From: an uncultured Spirochaetia bacterium
Lineage (GTDB): Bacteria > Oederibacteriota > PGYV01 > CAYGHG01
Direction: 5' to 3'
DNA length: 64,000 bases
NCBI GenBank assembly: GCA_964349515.1
Contig: CAYGHG010000001.1
Location: 2,528 to 66,527, forward strand
A program made the translations under genes and the position numbers. Shown piece after piece: positions 9,666 through 21,023 of this stretch. The notes under the pieces are model-generated. The model ran no database searches, was not told the DNA's origin, and saw nothing but the letters and a program-made list of their open reading frames with translations. Every line of letters begins with the position of its first letter. The stretch's first letter is position 1.

Positions 9666-10226
9666 TTATTTGCCTTTTGCTCCGGCCGCGCTTTTGCCGG
9701 CCTTTCTTCTGATTCTTTCATTTTCATACTTTACACCCTTGCCCTGATAAGGCTCCGGCGGCTTCATAAGTTTTATCTTGGCCGCTGCCTGCCCGACAAG
9801 CTGCCTGTCTATTCCGGTAATTGTAATCTTTGTCTGATTATCTACAGCCGCATTAACACCTTCAGGAAGATCATAACTTAAAGGATGCGAGAACCCGAGT
9901 GTAAAATTAAGTTTTCTTCCCTGAAGCTGCGCTCTGTAACCTACACCGGTAAGAACTAGCGTTTTGGAGTATCCATTAGCCACTCCGTTAGCGATATTAT
10001 TTAACACCGCCCTTTCAAGTCCGAATCTGGCCCTGACATTCTTGTCGACCGTAACACCTTCTTTTATAGTTACAGTCAGTTCCTGATTGTCAATCTTGTA
10101 GTCAAAATAAGAGTCGGTCCTGTGATCCATTTTACCTTTCGGCCCGTCTATCCTAATTACGCCGTTCTCCACAGACGCTTTTACGCCTGCAGTCAGTTTA
10201 ACCGGCTGTTTACCAATCCTGGACAT
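9666..10226 (-). CDS. rplF: 50S ribosomal protein L6
   Basis: 186 aa, two-domain L6. Confidence 0.9.
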   Translation of the reverse strand: MSRIGKQPVKLTAGVKASVENGVIRIDGPKGKMDHRTDSYFDYKIDNQELTVTIKEGVTVDKNVRARFGLERAVLNNIANGVANGYSKTLVLTGVGYRAQLQGRKLNFTLGFSHPLSYDLPEGVNAAVDNQTKITITGIDRQLVGQAAAKIKLMKPPEPYQGKGVKYENERIRRKAGKSAAGAKGK

Positions 10227-10239
10227 ATCTTAGTCTCCT

Positions 10240-10629
10240 TTACCAGATTTCGCAGATAACTTCGCCGCCAACATTCATTTCTCTGGCTTTTGCGGCGGTC
10301 ATTACGCCTTTTGAGGTCGTAAGTATAGTTATCCCGAGTCCTGATTTTACTTTTTTAACATCACCTATGCCTTTGTACACTCGTCTCGAAGGCTTGCTTA
10401 TTTTCTTAATAGAACCAATTACCTTTTCTTTGTTCTCGCCATATTTCATATATACCCTTATGTTGCCCTGCTTATTGTCCTCAATATACCTGTATCCCTT
10501 GATAAAACCCTCATCTTTGAGAATCTTAACAATGTTCTGCTTGATCTTTGACGAAGGTACGTCAACATAATCCTTCATTTTCATGTTTGCGTTTCTAATT
10601 CTTGTAAACATATCTGCTATAGGGTCCAT
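10240..10629 (-). CDS. rpsH: 30S ribosomal protein S8
   Basis: 129 aa (MDPIADMFTRIRNA...). Confidence 0.9.
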   Translation of the reverse strand: MDPIADMFTRIRNANMKMKDYVDVPSSKIKQNIVKILKDEGFIKGYRYIEDNKQGNIRVYMKYGENKEKVIGSIKKISKPSRRVYKGIGDVKKVKSGLGITILTTSKGVMTAAKAREMNVGGEVICEIW

Positions 10630-10638
10630 TTTTCCTCC

Positions 10639-10824
10639 TTACCAGCTTGACTTTTTAATTCCGGGAATTTCGCCCTTATAAGCGAGCTTCCTGAAACATA
10701 TTCTGCATATACCGAACTTGCGCATATAGGCCCTCGGCCTGCCGCACAGATTACACCTGTTTTTCTGCCTTACTTTAAACTTGGCCTTCTTTCTGGCCTT
10801 GTTAATCATTGCTGTTGTAGCCAC
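10639..10824 (-). CDS. rpsZ: 30S ribosomal protein S14 type Z (zinc-binding)
   Basis: 61 aa with CNLCGRP...CRIC. Confidence 0.9.
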   Translation of the reverse strand: MATTAMINKARKKAKFKVRQKNRCNLCGRPRAYMRKFGICRICFRKLAYKGEIPGIKKSSW

Positions 10825-10856
10825 TTAAATATCCTCCTTGGTTTTATCGCCTGTTG

Positions 10857-11399
10857 CTATTTTTTCCTGAAGGGCAGCCCCAGCTTTTCAAGAAGCAGAA
10901 GCGCATCTTCATCTTTTTTAGCGGTGGTGACAAACGTGATGTCCATACCGAGAACCTGAAGTATCTTGTCGAACTTAACCTCCGGGAAAATCATCTGTTC
11001 CTTTATTCCCATGCTGTAATTGCCGCGGCCGTCAAAAGAATTCCTCGGAACACCGTTAAAATCCCTTACCCTCGGCAACGCTACAGATATAAGCCGGTCA
11101 AGAAACTCATACATCCTTTTCCCGCGCATAGTGACTTTGCACCCTATAGGAATGTTCTCCCTGAGTTTAAAGTTGGATATGGAAACTTTAGATCTGATTA
11201 CAGAAGGCTTCTGCCCCGTTATCGCGGTCAGTTCCTCAACAGCTTCATCCAATATCTTTATGTTCTGAGTGGCCTCGCCGATACCCATATTAATGACTAT
11301 CTTTTCAAGCTTCGGCACCTGATGCCTGTTTTTTAAAGCTTTTTCTTTCACTATAGCATCAACTATCTCTTTATTGTACTTTTCCTTTAATCTGGCCAT
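10857..11399 (-). CDS. rplE: 50S ribosomal protein L5
   Basis: 180 aa, L5 signature. Confidence 0.9.
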   Translation of the reverse strand: MARLKEKYNKEIVDAIVKEKALKNRHQVPKLEKIVINMGIGEATQNIKILDEAVEELTAITGQKPSVIRSKVSISNFKLRENIPIGCKVTMRGKRMYEFLDRLISVALPRVRDFNGVPRNSFDGRGNYSMGIKEQMIFPEVKFDKILQVLGMDITFVTTAKKDEDALLLLEKLGLPFRKK

Positions 11400-11414
11400 T
11401 TAATCCTCTCCTCC

Positions 11415-11738
11415 TTACTTTTCGTCAAGCATTTCGCTGCATTTCTTGCAAATCCTTACCTTCTTGCCTCCTGCGATGGAACCGGTCTTAACCCTTGTAG
11501 GCTTTCCGCACTTATTGCAAATAAGCATCACCTTTGATACTGCCAAGGCCGCCTCTTTTTCAAGTATTCCGCCCTGCTGTACTTTCTGACTCGGGCGCGT
11601 GTGCCTTTTTACAAAATTAATTTTTTCCACAACCACTTTTCCCGAATCAGTGAGCACTTTCAGGACCTTACCTGTCTTGCCCGCGTCTTTTCCCGTTATT
11701 ACCCTCACTATGTCATTTTTTCTGATTTTTATTTTCAT
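11415..11738 (-). CDS. rplX: 50S ribosomal protein L24 with C-terminal Cys4 zinc-ribbon-like motif
   Basis: KOW domain (IVRVITGKDAGKTGKV) followed by CNKCGKPTRV...CKKC in the C-terminal region. Confidence 0.85.
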   Translation of the reverse strand: MKIKIRKNDIVRVITGKDAGKTGKVLKVLTDSGKVVVEKINFVKRHTRPSQKVQQGGILEKEAALAVSKVMLICNKCGKPTRVKTGSIAGGKKVRICKKCSEMLDEK

Positions 11739-11746
11739 TTTTCCTC

Positions 11747-12115
11747 CTAAACCACTTCAGGGGCAAGCGAAACAATTTTTAAGAAATTTCTGTCCCTGAG
11801 TTCCCTTGCCACAGGCCCGAATATACGCGTGCCCCTGGGGTTCATCTGGTCATTGATTATTACAGCAGCGTTGTTGTCAAACCTTATATACGACCCGTCT
11901 TTTCTTCTTATTTTTTTCTTAAGCCTGACTACCACAGCTTTTACCACTTCTTTTTTCTTTACCTGCCCGCCGGATATAGCATCCTTAACAGAGGCCACAA
12001 AAACATCCCCTATGCCGGCGTAACGTGCGCGGCTGCCACCCAGAACTTTTATTACCATTATCTCTTTAGCTCCTGAATTATCAGCCACTTCAAGTCTTGT
12101 CTGCGCCTGTATCAT
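11747..12115 (-). CDS. rplN: 50S ribosomal protein L14
   Basis: [17 protein letters not shown]... matches L14. Confidence 0.9.
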   Translation of the reverse strand: MIQAQTRLEVADNSGAKEIMVIKVLGGSRARYAGIGDVFVASVKDAISGGQVKKKEVVKAVVVRLKKKIRRKDGSYIRFDNNAAVIINDQMNPRGTRIFGPVARELRDRNFLKIVSLAPEVV

Positions 12116-12408
12116 GCGTTTTCACTCCCGTCAGTAAATTCAGCCGCTCCGTGGAGGGCCTTTTTATCAATACTAACCACTAACCACTTCTTGTTTTTGC
12201 TTATAGGCCTTACTTCTTTTATCGTAACTTTATCCCCTGCCTTGCATTCATTTTTCTCGTCGTGAGCCATAAGTTTTGTGGTCCTCACTATGTACTTGCC
12301 GTAAAAAGGATGCTTTACTTTCCTCTCAACAGCAACCCTTACCGTTTTGTCCATTTTCTCGCTTATTACAGTTCCGGACATCGTACGCCTTACGCTGTTA
12401 TTACTCAT
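12112..12408 (-). CDS. rpsQ: 30S ribosomal protein S17
   Basis: 98 aa, S17 signature. Confidence 0.9.
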   Translation of the reverse strand: MSNNSVRRTMSGTVISEKMDKTVRVAVERKVKHPFYGKYIVRTTKLMAHDEKNECKAGDKVTIKEVRPISKNKKWLVVSIDKKALHGAAEFTDGSENA

Positions 12409-12617
12409 TTTACCCGGGCCTCCTTGGCAGCGCCTGTTTTCTGCTTCAGAATAGTGTGAAGCCTCGCAATATCCTTGCGCATAACCCTTATCTGTCCTGT
12501 TTTTTCAAGCTGTTTTGTATGAAGTTTTACGTTCAGCTTGAACAGATTTGCGCTCAACTCTTTTATTTTTCTCTGTATTTCATCGGGATTCATATCCCTT
12601 ATTTCCTGGGGTTTCAT
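12405..12617 (-). CDS. rpmC: 50S ribosomal protein L29
   Basis: 70 aa, helical L29. Confidence 0.85.
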   Translation of the reverse strand: MKPQEIRDMNPDEIQRKIKELSANLFKLNVKLHTKQLEKTGQIRVMRKDIARLHTILKQKTGAAKEARVK

Positions 12618-12629
12618 ATCTTCCTCCTG

Positions 12630-13043
12630 TTAAATTTCATGCCTTGTAACAAACTTTGTCCTGATCGGAAGCTTGTTGTGGGCTTTTCTCATTGCTGCCT
12701 TTGCAACAGCCTCATCTACGCCGCCCAATTCAAACATAACCCTGCCCGGCTTAATAACAGCCACCCAGAACTCCGGCGCGCCTTTCCCTTTTCCCTGCCT
12801 GGTTTCAAGCGGTTTTTTGGAAACAGGTTTATCAGGGAATATCCTTACCCAAAGTTTGCCTCCCTTTTTCAGGGACTTGCTTATGGCAACCCTTGCTGAT
12901 TCTATCTGTCGGGCGGTAATCCATGCGCACTGCACGGCTTTAAGCCCGTACTCTCCAAAACTCACCCTGTTTCCGCTGGTGGCCAAACCTTTCATCCTGC
13001 CCCTCTGTTGCTTCCTGTATTTGACTCGTGAAGGCATTAACAT
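12630..13043 (-). CDS. rplP: 50S ribosomal protein L16
   Basis: 137 aa ([19 protein letters not shown]...). Confidence 0.9.
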   Translation of the reverse strand: MLMPSRVKYRKQQRGRMKGLATSGNRVSFGEYGLKAVQCAWITARQIESARVAISKSLKKGGKLWVRIFPDKPVSKKPLETRQGKGKGAPEFWVAVIKPGRVMFELGGVDEAVAKAAMRKAHNKLPIRTKFVTRHEI

Positions 13044-13063
13044 TTATTTTTCCTCCGTCCTTT

Positions 13064-13705
13064 TTATTCCTGTTTTCCTATGATTTCGCCTTTAAAAATC
13101 CACACCTTGACTCCTATTGCGCCATATGGCGTTCTCGCCGTCGCAGTGCCATAATCAATATCCGCCCTTAAAGTCTGAAGCGGTACCCTTCCTTCTACAT
13201 ACCACTCTGTCCTTGCAATTTCAGCGCCTCCCAGCCTTCCGGAAACACAAATTTTTATTCCCTTCGCTCCGTTATCATTCTGCATTGCGGACTGCATCGC
13301 TTTTTTCATCGCTCTTCTGTACGAAATACGTTTTTCCAGCTGCTGTGCGACATTTTCAGATACAAGCTGCGCGTCTATTTCAGGGCGCTGTACTTCTTTA
13401 GGTTCTATGAGTATACTTTTGCCTGTTAATTTTTCAAGCTTTTTCCTCAAAACTTCAACTTCTGCACCTTTCCTTCCGATAACCATTCCGGGCTTTGCCG
13501 TAAATATTTTAACAATAGCCTTGCTTCCTGCTCTTTCAATTTCTATTTTTGATATACCGGCCGAATAAAGGGCGGTTTTAATGTGATCCCTTATTTTTAC
13601 ATCTTCAAGAAGCAGCTCTTTAAAGTTTTTCTTTGCAACCCACTTTGACTTCCAGCCCCTGATTATTCCTATCCTCAGGCCTTCAGGATTTATCTTCTGT
13701 CCCAT
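13064..13705 (-). CDS. rpsC: 30S ribosomal protein S3
   Basis: 213 aa ([13 protein letters not shown]...). Confidence 0.9.
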   Translation of the reverse strand: MGQKINPEGLRIGIIRGWKSKWVAKKNFKELLLEDVKIRDHIKTALYSAGISKIEIERAGSKAIVKIFTAKPGMVIGRKGAEVEVLRKKLEKLTGKSILIEPKEVQRPEIDAQLVSENVAQQLEKRISYRRAMKKAMQSAMQNDNGAKGIKICVSGRLGGAEIARTEWYVEGRVPLQTLRADIDYGTATARTPYGAIGVKVWIFKGEIIGKQE

Positions 13706-13723
13706 AAATACCCGTTCTCCTTT

Positions 13724-14071
13724 TTATTTTTTTTCGTCAGTAACGGTTACAAGTATATGGCAGGACCTCTTGTGTATTGCAGAAGCTCTTCCCTGCGCCC
13801 TGGGCATAAACCGTTTTGCGTATTTAAGTATCGGACCCTGCTGAACTATAATGCCTTTAATCTTCAGTGATTCAGGGTCAGCACCATTGTTCTTCGAGGC
13901 ATTTGCAGCAGCCGATTTAATAGCTTTTGCTATGTGAGGCGCCGCATTCTTATTTAGAAATTTAAGCTTTAGCAGCGCAGAAGACACAGTGTCCTTCTTA
14001 AGTGCCTTTGTTATCATTCTTACTTTCTTGGCAGGCATTCTAAGATGCCTTAATATTGCCTTTGCTTCCAT
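13724..14071 (-). CDS. rplV: 50S ribosomal protein L22
   Basis: 115 aa, L22 signature. Confidence 0.9.
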   Translation of the reverse strand: MEAKAILRHLRMPAKKVRMITKALKKDTVSSALLKLKFLNKNAAPHIAKAIKSAAANASKNNGADPESLKIKGIIVQQGPILKYAKRFMPRAQGRASAIHKRSCHILVTVTDEKK

Positions 14072-14094
14072 TATTATATACTCCTTCCTGTATT

Positions 14095-14379
14095 TTACGT
14101 CTTAGCCGATGATTCTTTTTTTGCATCGCCGTGCCCCTTAAAGATGCGCGTTGGGGCAAATTCCCCGAATTTATGGCCTACCATATTTTCGGTTACAAAT
14201 AACGGCACGAACTTTCTTCCGTTGTGAACTGCAAAAGTAAGCCCTACCATTTCAGGCGAAATAGAAGAACGTCTTGCCCAAGTCTTAATTACCTTTTTAT
14301 CCCCTGTTTCGTTTGCCTTAAGCGCCTTGTCAAGGAGCTTTTCGTCAACAAATGGGCCTTTTTTAAGCGACCTTGTCAT
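14095..14379 (-). CDS. rpsS: 30S ribosomal protein S19
   Basis: 94 aa ([12 protein letters not shown]...). Confidence 0.9.
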   Translation of the reverse strand: MTRSLKKGPFVDEKLLDKALKANETGDKKVIKTWARRSSISPEMVGLTFAVHNGRKFVPLFVTENMVGHKFGEFAPTRIFKGHGDAKKESSAKT

Positions 14380-15221
14380 TGAACAATCCCTCCTTTAGCG
14401 TTCCTTCTTCTGATAATGTATTTGTTTGAAAGCTTCTTCTTCTTTCTTGTTTTAAAGCCTTTGGCCTTAACTCCTGTAGGCGACTGCGGATGTGCACCTG
14501 ATTTGGAACGGCCTTCGCCTCCGCCCATCGGATGATCAACCGGGTTCATCGCGACAGCCCTATTTCTGGGTTTGCGCCCCATCCATCTTTTTCTGCCTGC
14601 CTTTCCTATTACAATGTTTTCATTATCCGTATTTCCTACCTGCCCCACGGTCGCCATACAGTTTGAATTAACCATTCTTAGTTCGCCTGAAGGCAGTTTT
14701 ATAACAACAGTTGCCGCTTCCTTACCCATTATCTGCGCAAAAGAACCTGCGCCCCTGGCAAGCTGCCCGCCTTTTCCGAGCGAAAGTTCTACGTTATGAA
14801 CAACAGTACCTACAGGTATGCTCTTTAACTTCATTGCATTCCCGGGTTTAATATCAGCCTCATCAGCAGCGATTACTGCATCCCCTACATTAAGCCCTAT
14901 AGGTGCTATGATGTACCTTTTCTCGCCGTCCTTATAAAAAAGCAATGCTATCCTCGCGGATCTGTTTGGATCATATTCTATCGCTTTAACAACCGCAGGC
15001 ACTCCCTTTTTGTCCCTTTTGAAATCAATAAGCCTGTAAATTGCCCTGTACCAACTGCCACGGAATCTTGCCGTAATCCTGCCCATATTGTTCCTGCCGG
15101 AGTGATTCTTAATCCTCTGCGTCAGGGCCTTTTCCGGCCTGTTTTTTGTTACATCCTCTTTAGTGTCAACCAGCATATGCCTTCTGCTGGGCGTAATAGG
15201 CCTGAATGATTTTAGCGCCAT
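14376..15221 (-). CDS. rplB: 50S ribosomal protein L2
   Basis: 281 aa, L2 signature. Confidence 0.9.
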   Translation of the reverse strand: MALKSFRPITPSRRHMLVDTKEDVTKNRPEKALTQRIKNHSGRNNMGRITARFRGSWYRAIYRLIDFKRDKKGVPAVVKAIEYDPNRSARIALLFYKDGEKRYIIAPIGLNVGDAVIAADEADIKPGNAMKLKSIPVGTVVHNVELSLGKGGQLARGAGSFAQIMGKEAATVVIKLPSGELRMVNSNCMATVGQVGNTDNENIVIGKAGRKRWMGRKPRNRAVAMNPVDHPMGGGEGRSKSGAHPQSPTGVKAKGFKTRKKKKLSNKYIIRRRNAKGGIVQ

Positions 15222-15225
15222 AAAA

Positions 15226-15513
15226 TTACACTCCTTCTACTATTTCTATTTTTTCGTCTTTCTTGAGCTTAACCGATGCTTTCTTAAACTTCATAGCTTC
15301 TGACATGTTCTTGCCGAATCTTTTGGCTTTGCCCGGCATCATAACAGTATTAACTTTTGTCACGTGTACCTTAAATAGTTCTTCTACAGCGTTTTTTATT
15401 TGCTTTTTAGATGCATCTCTGGCCACAAGAAAAGTGTAGTAATTTCCTTTGTCCCTGTTCAGCCCGCTCTTTTCAGTAAGAGAAGGTTTTTTAATAATGT
15501 GATGTGCTTCCAT
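15226..15513 (-). CDS. rplW: 50S ribosomal protein L23
   Basis: 95 aa. Confidence 0.85.
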   Translation of the reverse strand: MEAHHIIKKPSLTEKSGLNRDKGNYYTFLVARDASKKQIKNAVEELFKVHVTKVNTVMMPGKAKRFGKNMSEAMKFKKASVKLKKDEKIEIVEGV

Positions 15514-15514
15514 T

Positions 15515-16138
15515 TCAGTTCATTCTCCTTATCATTTCTTCAACAGCCTTTTTTGTGGCAAGTACATTCGGGTAAACAAGCATTTCATATATGTTAACCG
15601 CTCCTGCTGTTGCGATCTTCAAGTTCTCGACGTTTCTGGCAGCCTTAATAAAGCCGCCTTCTTTTTTATCAAGTACCACAAGAATCTTTTTGCCTTTCAG
15701 TTCAAGGCCCTTAAGTATTGACACAACATTTTTTGTCTTAATTTCGGATACTCCGAGTTCATCCACAATTTTAAATTCATTATCCCTGATCTTACCGGCA
15801 AAAACGGCTTTAAAAGCAGCTTTTTTCCCGGCCTTATTAACCGAAAGCCTTACTTTAAGCGGCCTTGGCCCGAACGTGACGCCTCCGCCTTTCCAGATAG
15901 GTGACCTGGTGGAACCGTGCCTGGCACGGCCTGTGCCTTTCTGCTTCCACGGTTTCTTTCCGCCCCCCCTCACTTCCGCTCTTGTAAGCGTATTTGAAGA
16001 TCCGATGTGGCTGTTATTTTCCATAGCCAGCAGCGCGTCGTGAATAAGGTCGTCTTTTACCTCTGTTTTTAGCAGGGTGTCGTCTATTTCCATTTCTGAT
16101 ACCTTTTTATTTTCAATATTAAAAACTTCGAGTTTCAT
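15515..16138 (-). CDS. rplD: 50S ribosomal protein L4
   Basis: 207 aa. Confidence 0.9.
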   Translation of the reverse strand: MKLEVFNIENKKVSEMEIDDTLLKTEVKDDLIHDALLAMENNSHIGSSNTLTRAEVRGGGKKPWKQKGTGRARHGSTRSPIWKGGGVTFGPRPLKVRLSVNKAGKKAAFKAVFAGKIRDNEFKIVDELGVSEIKTKNVVSILKGLELKGKKILVVLDKKEGGFIKAARNVENLKIATAGAVNIYEMLVYPNVLATKKAVEEMIRRMN

Positions 16139-16150
16139 TGAGCCTCTCCT

Positions 16151-16819
16151 TTAATTCTTTTTTACGCTTTTTCTTATTTCAACAAGCCCGTTCTTGCCTC
16201 CGGGTACCGACCCTCTTACAAGCATATACCTGTTCTTTGCATCAACTTCCTCAACCTTAAGATTCTGCGTCGTAACCCTTTCAGAACCCATGTGACCTGG
16301 CATTTTCTTATTCTTGAGAACCCTTGCAGGAAAAGTATTGGAACCTATCGATCCCGGTCCCCTGTGATTCATTCCGCCGTGGCTTCCTGAGCCCCCCCTA
16401 AAATTATGCCTTTTAATAACACCCTGCGTGCCTTTTCCTTTTGAAACAGCCGAGACGTCAACAAAATCTCCCTTTTTAAATATTGAATCAGCCGTTATGA
16501 CATCTCCTGCCTTGAACTTTGCAACAGTATCCTTGTCAGCCCTGATTTCCCTTATAACTTTTTTTAAGTCAAGGTTAAGGCCGTTTTTTTCATTCTTAAA
16601 AAGACCCTTTACCGGCTTTGTAACATTCTTGGGTTTCTTTTCATTTATAGTCGCAACGCGAATAGCGCTGTATCCTTCTTTGGCTTCAGTCTTTGAACCT
16701 AAAACAGTATGCTCCTCAACTTCAAGCACCGTTACCGGAATTGATTCACCGGCCTCATTAAAAATCTGCGTCATTCCTGCTTTTTTCCCGAAAATTTTAT
16801 TAACCACAGTCGCCTCCAT
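16151..16819 (-). CDS. rplC: 50S ribosomal protein L3
   Basis: 222 aa. Confidence 0.9.
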   Translation of the reverse strand: MEATVVNKIFGKKAGMTQIFNEAGESIPVTVLEVEEHTVLGSKTEAKEGYSAIRVATINEKKPKNVTKPVKGLFKNEKNGLNLDLKKVIREIRADKDTVAKFKAGDVITADSIFKKGDFVDVSAVSKGKGTQGVIKRHNFRGGSGSHGGMNHRGPGSIGSNTFPARVLKNKKMPGHMGSERVTTQNLKVEEVDAKNRYMLVRGSVPGGKNGLVEIRKSVKKN

Positions 16820-17133
16820 TACAACTTGATCTCAACGTCTATACCGGCCGGCAGGTCGAGGTTCTTGAGCTTCTCAACCGTGTCGTGGTTCGGCTCTAAT
16901 ATGTCTATGAGCCTCTTGTGAATCCTCATTTCAAACTGTTCCCTTGACTTTTTGTCAACGTGAACAGACCTCTGTATTGTATACTTGTGCATCTTTGTGG
17001 GCAGAGGTATAGGCCCCGCAATTCTGGCGCCGGTTTCCTTAACCTTCTTAATTATATCACTTACCGATTTATCAAGAAGCTTGTGGTCATACGCCTTAAG
17101 CCTTATCCTGATCTTCTGTGCATCTAACTGCAT
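16819..17133 (-). CDS. rpsJ: 30S ribosomal protein S10
   Basis: 104 aa (...[14 protein letters not shown]...). Confidence 0.9.
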   Translation of the reverse strand: MQLDAQKIRIRLKAYDHKLLDKSVSDIIKKVKETGARIAGPIPLPTKMHKYTIQRSVHVDKKSREQFEMRIHKRLIDILEPNHDTVEKLKNLDLPAGIDVEIKL

Positions 17134-17173
17134 TTTGTATCTCCCTTCAAACTCTGTGTTCTTTTATAATTTA

Positions 17174-18381
17174 TATTATTCTAATATCTCGGAAATAACT
17201 CCGGAGCCTACTGTCCTTCCGCCTTCGCGGATTGCGAACCTTAATTCTTTTTCTATGGCTATCGGCATTATCAGCTCTATTTCCATGGTTATGTTGTCGC
17301 CGGGCATTACCATCTCAACTCCCGCCGGCATCTTTATCGAGCCGGTTACGTCTGTTGTCCTGAAATAAAACTGCGGCCTGTAGTTGTTAAAGAACGGTGT
17401 GTGCCTTCCGCCCTCTTCTTTTGTCAGTACGTACACACGCCCCATAAACTTCTTATGCGGCTTTATCGAGCCGGGTTTTGCCACTACCTGCCCTCTCATG
17501 ACCGCGTCCTTGTCGATTCCCCTAAGCAGCAGCCCTACGTTGTCTCCCGCCTGCCCTTCGTCCAGCAGTTTCCTGAACATCTCAACACCGGTTACCACAG
17601 CCTTCTGCGTGTCCTTTAATCCTATTATCTCCACTTCCTCGTTTACCTTTACTTTGCCTCTTTCTATCCTTCCCGTTACCACTGTCCCGCGCCCGGTTAT
17701 TGAGAATACGTCTTCTACGGCAAGCGAGAAAGGTTTGTCTATCTCCCTCTTAGGCTCCGGAACGAAATCGTCTATCGCCTTTACAAGCTCCACTATCGAA
17801 TCCCCGCCCGGTCCGCCCGGGTCCTGCAGCCCTTTTAATGCCGAGCCTCTTATAACCGGTGTTTTGTCTCCGGGAAAATCATATTTCTTCAGCAGGTCCC
17901 TTACCTCTTCCTCTACAAGATCCACCATCTCTTTGTCATCCACCATGTCTACCTTATTTAAAAATACCACTATGTGCGGTACGCCTACCTGCCTCGCAAG
18001 CAGTATGTGCTCCCTCGTCTGCGGCATCGGCCCGTCTACTGCCGATACTACCAGTATCGCGCCGTCCATCTGCGCCGCTCCGGTTATCATGTTCTTTACA
18101 TAATCGGCGTGCCCGGGGCAGTCTACATGCGCATAATGCCTCTTGTCCGAAGAGTATTCCACATGCGATGTCGCTATTGTCAATATTTTTGTCGCGTCGC
18201 GCCTTCCCTGTGATTCTGACGCCTTTGCCACCTCATCGTACGGTACATATGTCGCAAGCCCTTTTGCCGCCATTACATTCGTAAGCGCAGCAGTCAGCGT
18301 TGTCTTGCCGTGGTCTACGTGCCCTATCGTTCCTACGTTTACGTGCGGCTTTGTCCTGTCAAACTTTTCCTTTGCCATTTT
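17174..18381. repeat. About 1208-bp direct repeat copy A, covering tuf
   Basis: Flank comparison puts the identity start at 17174/32711 and the end at 18381/33918. ORFs in several frames on both strands translate identically in the two copies, implying near-100% nucleotide identity. Confidence 0.85.
17176..18378 (-). CDS. tuf: Elongation factor Tu (copy 1, between fusA and rpsJ)
   Basis: 400 aa with [10 protein letters not shown] and the other G-motifs. The protein is identical to the copy at 32713..33915. Confidence 0.95.
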   Translation of the reverse strand: MAKEKFDRTKPHVNVGTIGHVDHGKTTLTAALTNVMAAKGLATYVPYDEVAKASESQGRRDATKILTIATSHVEYSSDKRHYAHVDCPGHADYVKNMITGAAQMDGAILVVSAVDGPMPQTREHILLARQVGVPHIVVFLNKVDMVDDKEMVDLVEEEVRDLLKKYDFPGDKTPVIRGSALKGLQDPGGPGGDSIVELVKAIDDFVPEPKREIDKPFSLAVEDVFSITGRGTVVTGRIERGKVKVNEEVEIIGLKDTQKAVVTGVEMFRKLLDEGQAGDNVGLLLRGIDKDAVMRGQVVAKPGSIKPHKKFMGRVYVLTKEEGGRHTPFFNNYRPQFYFRTTDVTGSIKMPAGVEMVMPGDNITMEIELIMPIAIEKELRFAIREGGRTVGSGVISEILE

Positions 18382-18396
18382 GCATTGCCCTCCTGT

Positions 18397-20502
18397 TTAT
18401 CTTTTTCCTGTATGTTTTTCAATTATCTGTTCTTTTATGTTATTAGGTACGGGTTCATATTTGCTGAACTGCATGGTGTAATTCGCCCGTCCCTGGCTCA
18501 TAGACCTCAAATCTGTTGCATAACCGAACATATCGGAAAGCGGTACAAAAGACCTTATTATCTGAGCCTTTGCCCTCTTTTCCATTCTTTCAATTTTTCC
18601 CCTTCTTGAATTCAAGTTTCCTATTATGTCTCCCATGAATTCTTCCGGAGTCACAACCTCCACTTCCATTATTGGTTCAAGTATTACAGGCGTGGCCTGT
18701 TTAAAAGCATCCTTAAACGCCATTGACGCGGCAATCTTAAAAGCCATCTCCGAAGAGTCAACTTCATGGAACGACCCGTCGTGCAGTGTGATTTTAACAT
18801 CGTTTACAGGGTAGCCCGCTACTACGCCCAAAGCTACAGCTTCCTGTATTCCTTTGTCGATTGCAGGAATATATTCGCGGGGGACAACGCCTCCCACTAT
18901 ATCATTTACAAACTCATAGCCTTTTCCTCTTTCAAGCGGTTCAATGTCTATTACTACATGGCCGTACTGTCCGCGGCCGCCTGTCTGTCTGATATATTTT
19001 CCTTCTATATCTTTTGCGGATTTTGCGATTGTTTCCCTGTAAGAAACCTCAGGTTTTCCCACATTTGCCTCAACCTTAAACTCTCTCTTCATCCTGTCAA
19101 CTATGATTTCAAGGTGAAGCTCTCCCATACCGGATATTATTGTCTGGCCCGTTTCTTCATCAGTCCTTACCCTAAAGGTCGGGTCTTCCTCAGCCAGCCT
19201 GCTTAAAGCAAGCCCCATTTTTTCCTGGTCCGCTTTGGTTTTAGGCTCAACAGCAACAAATATTACAGGCTCGGGGAATATCATTTTTTCAAGTATAACC
19301 GGATGAGCCTCGTCACAAATCGTATCGCCGGTGGAAGTATCCTTGAGGCCTATACCGGCTACTATCTCTCCGGCAAAAGCTTCTTTTATCTCTTCTCTGT
19401 GATTAGCGTGCATCCTTAACAGCCTGCCTATTCTCTCGGTTTTATCTTTTGAGGCATTATATACGTAGGAACCCGACTGAAGCATTCCCGAGTAGATTCT
19501 AAAATATGTGAGGCGCCCCACAAACGGGTCTGACATTATTTTAAAAGCTATCGCGGTAAAAGGTTCTTCATCAGATGCGCTTCTGGTTATTGTCTGCTCT
19601 GCGTTCTCGTCTTCAGCATCGCTCGGCTCGTATCCCTGCATAGGAGGCAGGTCAATAGGAGAAGGCAGGTATCTTACAACAGCATCAAGCATCGGCTGTA
19701 CGCCTTTATTTTTAAACGCCGTACCGCATATTACGGGGAAAAATTTAAATGAAAGCGTTCCCTTCCTTATTCCGGCATGTATTTCATCTTCTGTAAATTC
19801 TTTGCCTTCAAGATATTTTTCCATCAGTTTATCATCTACATCGGCAACCGCTTCTATCAGTTTTATCCTGGCCTTAGCTGCTTCTTCTTTTAATTCTTCA
19901 GGTATTTCACGTATTTCAAACTGCGCACCGAGGGATTCAGCAAGCCATATAGTGGCTTTCATTGTTACGAGGTCAACAATACCCATAAACTTGTCTTCAG
20001 CACCTACCGGTATCTGTATGGGAAGAGGGTTCGCACCAAGTTTGTCTTCAATAGTATCTACAGACATCCAGAAGTCAGCTCCTATCCTGTCCATTTTGTT
20101 AAGAAATACTATCCTCGGAACGTTATATTTGGTAGCCTGACGCCATACTGTTTCAGACTGCGGTTCAACACCGTTAACAGAGTCAAATACAGCAACTGCT
20201 CCGTCAAGTACCCTTAAGGACCTTTCTACCTCAATCGTAAAATCCACGTGCCCTGGTGTGTCAATTATATTGATTCTGTGATCTTTCCAAAAACATGTAG
20301 TAGCAGCCGAGGTAATGGTAATTCCCCGCTCGCGCTCCTGCTCCATCCAGTCCATGGTAGCCGCGCCTTCATGCACTTCGCCTGTTTTATGGGTTCTGCC
20401 TGTATAATAAAGAACCCTTTCTGTGGTTGTTGTCTTTCCTGCGTCAATATGCGCCATTATACCTATGTTTCTTGTCTTATCAATCGAGTACTCGCGAGGC
20501 AT
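18397..20502 (-). CDS. fusA: Elongation factor G
   Basis: 701 aa with GTPase G-motifs (AHIDAGKTT) and EF-G domains II to V. Confidence 0.95.
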   Translation of the reverse strand: MPREYSIDKTRNIGIMAHIDAGKTTTTERVLYYTGRTHKTGEVHEGAATMDWMEQERERGITITSAATTCFWKDHRINIIDTPGHVDFTIEVERSLRVLDGAVAVFDSVNGVEPQSETVWRQATKYNVPRIVFLNKMDRIGADFWMSVDTIEDKLGANPLPIQIPVGAEDKFMGIVDLVTMKATIWLAESLGAQFEIREIPEELKEEAAKARIKLIEAVADVDDKLMEKYLEGKEFTEDEIHAGIRKGTLSFKFFPVICGTAFKNKGVQPMLDAVVRYLPSPIDLPPMQGYEPSDAEDENAEQTITRSASDEEPFTAIAFKIMSDPFVGRLTYFRIYSGMLQSGSYVYNASKDKTERIGRLLRMHANHREEIKEAFAGEIVAGIGLKDTSTGDTICDEAHPVILEKMIFPEPVIFVAVEPKTKADQEKMGLALSRLAEEDPTFRVRTDEETGQTIISGMGELHLEIIVDRMKREFKVEANVGKPEVSYRETIAKSAKDIEGKYIRQTGGRGQYGHVVIDIEPLERGKGYEFVNDIVGGVVPREYIPAIDKGIQEAVALGVVAGYPVNDVKITLHDGSFHEVDSSEMAFKIAASMAFKDAFKQATPVILEPIMEVEVVTPEEFMGDIIGNLNSRRGKIERMEKRAKAQIIRSFVPLSDMFGYATDLRSMSQGRANYTMQFSKYEPVPNNIKEQIIEKHTGKR

Positions 20503-20532
20503 TATCTGCTCCTTAAATAAATTTTATAAAAT

Positions 20533-21003
20533 CTACCAGCGGTAATGTGCAAAAGCCTTGTTTGCATCCGCCATTTTGTGTATATCTTCCCGTTTCTTAA
20601 TTGCACCGCCCTGATTCGTGGAAGCCGCCAATAGTTCGTTTGCAAGTCTTTCCGGGTAACCTTTTTCTTTTCTGTCTCGCGAAGAATTTACCAGCCATCT
20701 TATCGCAAGAGAGAGCCTTCTCTCGGGGTTTACTTCAATAGGAATCTGATAATTAGCTCCTCCTATTCTTCTCGACTTAAGTTCAAGAAGCGGCTTGATA
20801 TTTTCAATAGCTGTTTTTACGGTTTCCAGGGCGTTCTTTCCCTGTTTTGTGATAATCTCAAGCGCCTCATAAACCAGTTTTTCGGCTGTGCTCTTGCGCC
20901 CCTGAAGCATAACGCAGTTAATGAGCTTTGCTACCAGCACGCTGTTGTACTTTGAATCTGCCGGTGTTTCTCTCTTTTTTAGTACCCTTTTTTTTCTAGG
21001 CAT
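20533..21003 (-). CDS. rpsG: 30S ribosomal protein S7
   Basis: 156 aa (MPRKKRVLKKRE...). Confidence 0.9.
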   Translation of the reverse strand: MPRKKRVLKKRETPADSKYNSVLVAKLINCVMLQGRKSTAEKLVYEALEIITKQGKNALETVKTAIENIKPLLELKSRRIGGANYQIPIEVNPERRLSLAIRWLVNSSRDRKEKGYPERLANELLAASTNQGGAIKKREDIHKMADANKAFAHYRW

Positions 21004-21023
21004 ATTGGTTGTCCCCTTGCTTG

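Noticed and set aside
17384-18284. Plus-strand ORFs (239, 72, 141, 79 aa) inside tuf, duplicated identically at 32921..33821
   Set aside because: They are antisense frames of EF-Tu. Their duplication simply reflects the tuf repeat.
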